Source: Candidatus Hermodarchaeota archaeon
GTDB lineage: Archaea > Asgardarchaeota > Lokiarchaeia > Sigyniarchaeales > SOKP01
Assembly: GCA_048885525.1 (NCBI GenBank)
Contig: JBHLLP010000007.1
Span: forward strand, 50,956 to 114,955
DNA: 64,000 nt
Direction of reading: 5' to 3'
Every line of letters begins with the position of its first letter. Within the stretch, counting starts at the first letter, position 1. Under the pieces are notes generated by a model that worked only from the letters and a program-made list of their open reading frames with translations, was not told the DNA's origin and did not search any database. Shown in pieces: positions 59,878 to 64,000 of the stretch. Made by a program: the position numbers and the translations under genes.

Positions 59878-61218
59878 ATGTTTCTTAAAGAAGAATTAAA
59901 GTTATTTCAAAAAAATAGACCAAAATCGAGATCACTCTGGCAAAGAGCAATTAAAGTTTTACCAGGAGGAATTTCTCATAATATCCGAACTTTTGGGCTC
60001 CCAAAAATTGGAGCTTTTCCAGTTTTCATTAATTATGCTAATGGGCCATTTATTAAAGATATTGATGATAATAAGTATATTGACTGTTGGAATGGTCATT
60101 TTGCAATGATTCTAGGTCATAATCCTCCTGAAGTTCAAGCTGTTTTGAAAGAAAATTTAACATATGGTTGGCATTTTGGCACAAACACTGAATATCAGGT
60201 CGAATTAGCAGATTGTATTGTAAGAGATAATAAAGGCATCGAAATGGTGAGATTTTGTACTACTGGTACAGAAGCGACAATGTATGCTACAAGATTAGCA
60301 CGAGCTTTTACAGGAAGGAGGCTTGTAGCTAAAGCAGGACTTGGCTGGCATGGAGCGAATGATACACTTTATTATGCTGTAGGTAGTCTAGATAGTGAAT
60401 ATTTTCCCCCTGGCCTCCAAACTCCAGAACAAGCTGGGATATTAACATTTGAGATAAATAATGATACTATTTTTGAAATAATAAAAAAAAATTCTAATAC
60501 TTTAGCTGCAATAATATTAGAACCTGTTTTAGGAGGGGGTGGAGGATTTTTAGTTGAAAAGGAGTTTTTGAAAAGACTGAGAGAAGAAACTGAACAATAT
60601 GATATACTATTAATCTTTGATGAAATTATCACGGGATACAGGTTTACTAATTCTCTTTTTCAGAATGAATTAAAAATAATACCAGATTTAACTACTATGG
60701 GAAAAATTATTGGAGGTGGAATGCCAATTGGTGCTATTGGTGGACGAAAGGAAATCATTGAGCGATCTAGTCCTGATGTAGAAAATCAAGTCTTAATAGG
60801 TGGAGGAACATTTTCTGGATATCCTTTGAGTATGATTGCAGGATTAAAAACGCTAGAGATTTTAAATTTGTCTCAACAAGGTTATCTTCGAATCAATAAA
60901 GAGGGAGAGAAATTACTAAATAATCTTAATCAGTTTTTTCATGAAAAAAAGTTGCCAATTATCGCCAAAGGGCATAAATCTATTATTTTACTTCATGTAC
61001 TTTCAAAATGGATTGAAAAACCTTCAATGCGGGAAATAATTGAATTTAAGGATAAAAAACGAGAAGCTTTACTTCAATTATCACTCTTCAATAGGAATAT
61101 TTCTGGTTTACATGGATTAGGTTCTATTTCTATGGCTCATAGTCAAGACAATATACTTCAAATTCAAGATGCTGTAGAAGAAATTGCTGAACCTGTCTCC
61201 CATTCAAATCTAAATTGA
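59878..61218 (+). CDS. Class III PLP aminotransferase, glutamate-1-semialdehyde aminomutase (HemL)-like
   Basis: LPGGISHN, RFCTTGTEATM, LIFDEIITGYR, PDLTTMGKIIGGGMP, GTFSG. Confidence 0.85.
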   Translation: MFLKEELKLFQKNRPKSRSLWQRAIKVLPGGISHNIRTFGLPKIGAFPVFINYANGPFIKDIDDNKYIDCWNGHFAMILGHNPPEVQAVLKENLTYGWHFGTNTEYQVELADCIVRDNKGIEMVRFCTTGTEATMYATRLARAFTGRRLVAKAGLGWHGANDTLYYAVGSLDSEYFPPGLQTPEQAGILTFEINNDTIFEIIKKNSNTLAAIILEPVLGGGGGFLVEKEFLKRLREETEQYDILLIFDEIITGYRFTNSLFQNELKIIPDLTTMGKIIGGGMPIGAIGGRKEIIERSSPDVENQVLIGGGTFSGYPLSMIAGLKTLEILNLSQQGYLRINKEGEKLLNNLNQFFHEKKLPIIAKGHKSIILLHVLSKWIEKPSMREIIEFKDKKREALLQLSLFNRNISGLHGLGSISMAHSQDNILQIQDAVEEIAEPVSHSNLN

Positions 61219-61289
61219 AATTAATCAAGAAGCTAAGTTAAAAATATAGAAGACATTTCATAATAAAAATTTTAAATAAGGGAAATGTA

Positions 61290-62321
61290 ATGAATAAAAA
61301 ATTTTCAGTTATACAAATAGGGTTAGGACCAATGGGGAAATTAATAACCATTCTCCTTCTTAAAAGTAAAAATATTAATGTAATTGGAGTAGTTGACATT
61401 GCTCCTAAACTTGTTGGTAAAAATTTGAACAAAATTTTTAATGAAATTGATGATTCTGAAATTGTTATTCAACCTAATTTAGAAAATGCAATCGCTAAGA
61501 AAAAAGTTGATGTTGTTATAATAGCTACTTCTTCTTCATTAGAAAAGGTTGCACCTATAATTAAGCAAGCAGTTAAATCGGGAAGCAATGTAATATCTAT
61601 TTGTGAAGAATTGTCATATCCTTATGATTATTACCCTCAACTTTCAAAAGAATTAGATCAATTAGCAAAATCAAATGGCGTTTCTATTGTTGGAACTGGA
61701 ATTAATCCTGGGTATCTTATGGATTTATTACCAATTGTTATAACAGCTCCATGTCAAGATGTAAAATCAATCAAAGTAACGAGAATGATGAATTCAGCTA
61801 AAAGAAGAGAACCTTTCCAACGTAAAATAGGTACAGGATTAAGAATTGAAGAATTTCATCAAAAAATTAATAAACATGAAATTTCAGGTCATGTAGGCCT
61901 TACACAATCTATTCAGATGATAGTCGCAGCTCTAGGTCTTCACTATGATGAGATTATTGAATTTCCTCCTAAAGAGATAATTACAGAAAAAGATTTAATT
62001 ACATCCTATGGAGAAAAAGTCCCAAAGGGATATGTTTGTGGGTTACAAAGTAAAGCTATTGCTAAACAGGAAAATAAAGATATTATTTCTTTAGATTTTA
62101 TAGCTTATGCTGGTGAACATGAGGAATATGATTCAATAATAATTGAAGGTATTCCTAATATCCATCAAAAAATTATTGGTGGAGTTCATGGTGATATTGG
62201 CACAGCAGGTATGGTTGTTAATTTAATTCCTAAAATAATAGATGCAAAACCTGGGTTATTTACGATGAAAGATCTCCCAGTACCATGTTATACTGAAAAT
62301 ATTTGGAGGAAATCCCTTTAG
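61290..62321 (+). CDS. NAD(P)-dependent dehydrogenase, 2,4-diaminopentanoate dehydrogenase/DapB-like
   Basis: Rossmann GLGPMG, ICEELSYP, GTGINPGYLMD, GHVGL, GGVHGD, PGLFTMKDLP. Confidence 0.82.
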   Translation: MNKKFSVIQIGLGPMGKLITILLLKSKNINVIGVVDIAPKLVGKNLNKIFNEIDDSEIVIQPNLENAIAKKKVDVVIIATSSSLEKVAPIIKQAVKSGSNVISICEELSYPYDYYPQLSKELDQLAKSNGVSIVGTGINPGYLMDLLPIVITAPCQDVKSIKVTRMMNSAKRREPFQRKIGTGLRIEEFHQKINKHEISGHVGLTQSIQMIVAALGLHYDEIIEFPPKEIITEKDLITSYGEKVPKGYVCGLQSKAIAKQENKDIISLDFIAYAGEHEEYDSIIIEGIPNIHQKIIGGVHGDIGTAGMVVNLIPKIIDAKPGLFTMKDLPVPCYTENIWRKSL

Positions 62322-62499
62322 AATAATACAAAGAAATTTCATTTCTTGGTTTTTTATTAATTATTATAAGTTGATAAAAAATTTTTAATCTTAATCTTTC
62401 CTACAAATAAGCCTTTTACACTGAAAATAAGGTCATAAAGTTTATATAAAAGACTATGTTCTTTTTCTATGTTACAAGCAAATCTTATGGTTAAAAAAA

Positions 62500-64000
62500 A
62501 TGAATAAATACAAAAGATCAATATTAATTTCATTACTATTAACCAGTATTCTGTTATTATCTAATTTACCATTTAGAGAACTTGATAATCATCAAGACTA
62601 TCCTAATAAGAAATTAGATGTTTTTAATGAATTCTCCCCTATTATTAAAGTAACAGCACCACCAAAGGATCAATCACTTGTTTTTGGAGCAATTTCAAGT
62701 CCTACTGATCTGGATCCTCACCTATGTTATGATTCAGCTGGAATGGATGTGATTTCTCAAATTTGTGAAGGTTTATATAAATTTAATGTCACAAATCCGG
62801 CATACCCACTAGTTCCTGTACTTGCAACAGATCTTCCAAGTGTAAGTGGTTTAGAAATAACCATTCCACTTAGATCTGACGTTACATTTTCAGATGGGAC
62901 TCCATTTTGGGCTACAACTGCAAAATGGAATTTTGACAGATTAAACTATTTCTTAAATTATTCAGGAAATCAATACTTACCCAGCCCTTTTAATGTACCT
63001 CTTCCTTCAGATGGCTCTATTCAATTATCCAAAGTATATGCATTATTTACCGAGAATGGTATTCCTATTATAAATAAAACAGAAGTGATAGGACCGTATA
63101 CTTTAAAAATTGTTCTTAATCTACCCAAGGCATCATTCATTAATTTATTAACTTTTCATTCAACATTTTTCCATTCACCGATATCTGCTCAAATTCAAGG
63201 GAAGGAACTTGACTATCTCACATATGCCGATGGTGATGTTTTAATTGGAACAGGACCTTTTAAGTTCCAAGATTATTTTACAGATTTTCAAGTTAAATTT
63301 ACTCGTAACGAAGATTATTGGCAAGAACCTTCATTATTGACCAATTTAACATTTTGGATTATTGAAGATGATACTACTTTGAATACAGCAGTATTATCAG
63401 GAGACATTGACCTATTTGATTCCCCAAGAACGACCTTCTTTGACCAATTCAGAAATGATCCAGATATAACTCTCTTAGAAGCTGGCCCTAATATAAATAC
63501 TAACTATATGGGTTTTAATGGTTATATGGTAAATACGACATTCAGGAAAGCAATCTCATATGCTATAGACTATTCTTATCTAATCGATACAGTATTGTCA
63601 GGTGAAGCCTACAAATTAAAATCACCCATCCCAACTGGAATCCCTATGTCAAATTATTCTTATAATTATGCTATATTTGACCGAGCATATGCCCAATCAA
63701 TCATGCAATCTATGGGATATGGAGTGGGTTTTACTACTGATTCTCAATGGGCTACCGTAGCAGACGGAGGAGGCTGGGGGTTTGGTTGGAATATAACAGC
63801 TCAATCTGAAGGTACAGTTAGAAGAGATTTAGCATTATCTATTTCAGATAATCTCAGATATTTAGGGATTAATGCTCCTGTTGTACAAGTTTCTTTCTGG
63901 GACATAATCAATTGCATGTCATATGATACTGGACCTTTAAGAAGAGATTTAATCCCAATGTATATGCTTGGATGGGCTCCTGATTATATAGATCCAGAAA
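62500..64000 (+). CDS. ABC transporter substrate-binding protein, family 5 (oligopeptide/dipeptide type), 3'-truncated by the window edge
   Basis: My translation from ATG 62500: signal-like N-terminus, DLDPH, QICEGLY, LRSDVTFSDGTPF, IGTGPFK, FRKAISYAID. Not in the ORF track because it has no stop in the window. Confidence 0.88.
   Translation, partial: MNKYKRSILISLLLTSILLLSNLPFRELDNHQDYPNKKLDVFNEFSPIIKVTAPPKDQSLVFGAISSPTDLDPHLCYDSAGMDVISQICEGLYKFNVTNPAYPLVPVLATDLPSVSGLEITIPLRSDVTFSDGTPFWATTAKWNFDRLNYFLNYSGNQYLPSPFNVPLPSDGSIQLSKVYALFTENGIPIINKTEVIGPYTLKIVLNLPKASFINLLTFHSTFFHSPISAQIQGKELDYLTYADGDVLIGTGPFKFQDYFTDFQVKFTRNEDYWQEPSLLTNLTFWIIEDDTTLNTAVLSGDIDLFDSPRTTFFDQFRNDPDITLLEAGPNINTNYMGFNGYMVNTTFRKAISYAIDYSYLIDTVLSGEAYKLKSPIPTGIPMSNYSYNYAIFDRAYAQSIMQSMGYGVGFTTDSQWATVADGGGWGFGWNITAQSEGTVRRDLALSISDNLRYLGINAPVVQVSFWDIINCMSYDTGPLRRDLIPMYMLGWAPDYIDPE

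Noticed and set aside
995-61432. Short overlapping or antisense ORFs in the track (e.g. 995-1177, 3284-3499, 6191-6418, 20943-21413, 25757-25960, 37162-37362, 42870-43109, 53003-53215, 57534-57746)
   Set aside because: They are shadows of longer, motif-bearing genes and have no recognisable features.
1-64000. tRNA/rRNA genes, transposases, integrases or proviral genes
   Set aside because: No GC-rich structured RNA blocks or mobile-element motifs seen by eye. A tRNAscan/Infernal run would confirm. Stop-free in-frame BHB introns could have been missed without a computational scan.

Overview
AT-rich, gene-dense archaeal chromosomal window. The gene content strongly suggests an Asgard archaeon of the Lokiarchaeia type: JAMM/MPN-coiled-coil proteins, a double Roadblock protein, longin-like and TPR-longin proteins, an MglA-type GTPase, a gelsolin-domain protein, HdrA-MvhD and HdrB/C. 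This assignment is inferred from protein families, not from a marker gene. About 55 CDSs are present, with no tRNA, rRNA, CRISPR array or transposase. The main discovery is that two genes the ORF track shows as broken are each interrupted by a micro-intron folding into a bulge-helix-bulge (BHB) motif, the substrate of archaeal tRNA-splicing endonuclease. (1) A 31-nt intron (11607-11637, +) sits inside the catalytic JAMM motif of an MPN metalloprotease; cutting at the canonical bulge positions restores HSH-PGFKVMM-S-HI-D (HxH-x7-S-x2-D). (2) A 30-nt intron containing a stop (53025-53054, -) sits in a zinc-ribbon/LURP-one (scramblase-like) gene; canonical cuts give ...KYWD|WGSGD.... This points to EndA-type mRNA splicing of ordinary protein-coding genes in this lineage. 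Other leads are a tandem vWA + zinc-finger pair resembling TFIIH Ssl1/p44, a gelsolin-HeH fusion, a possible nested metallochaperone in copA, a candidate ~120-nt ncRNA and several unannotated microproteins.
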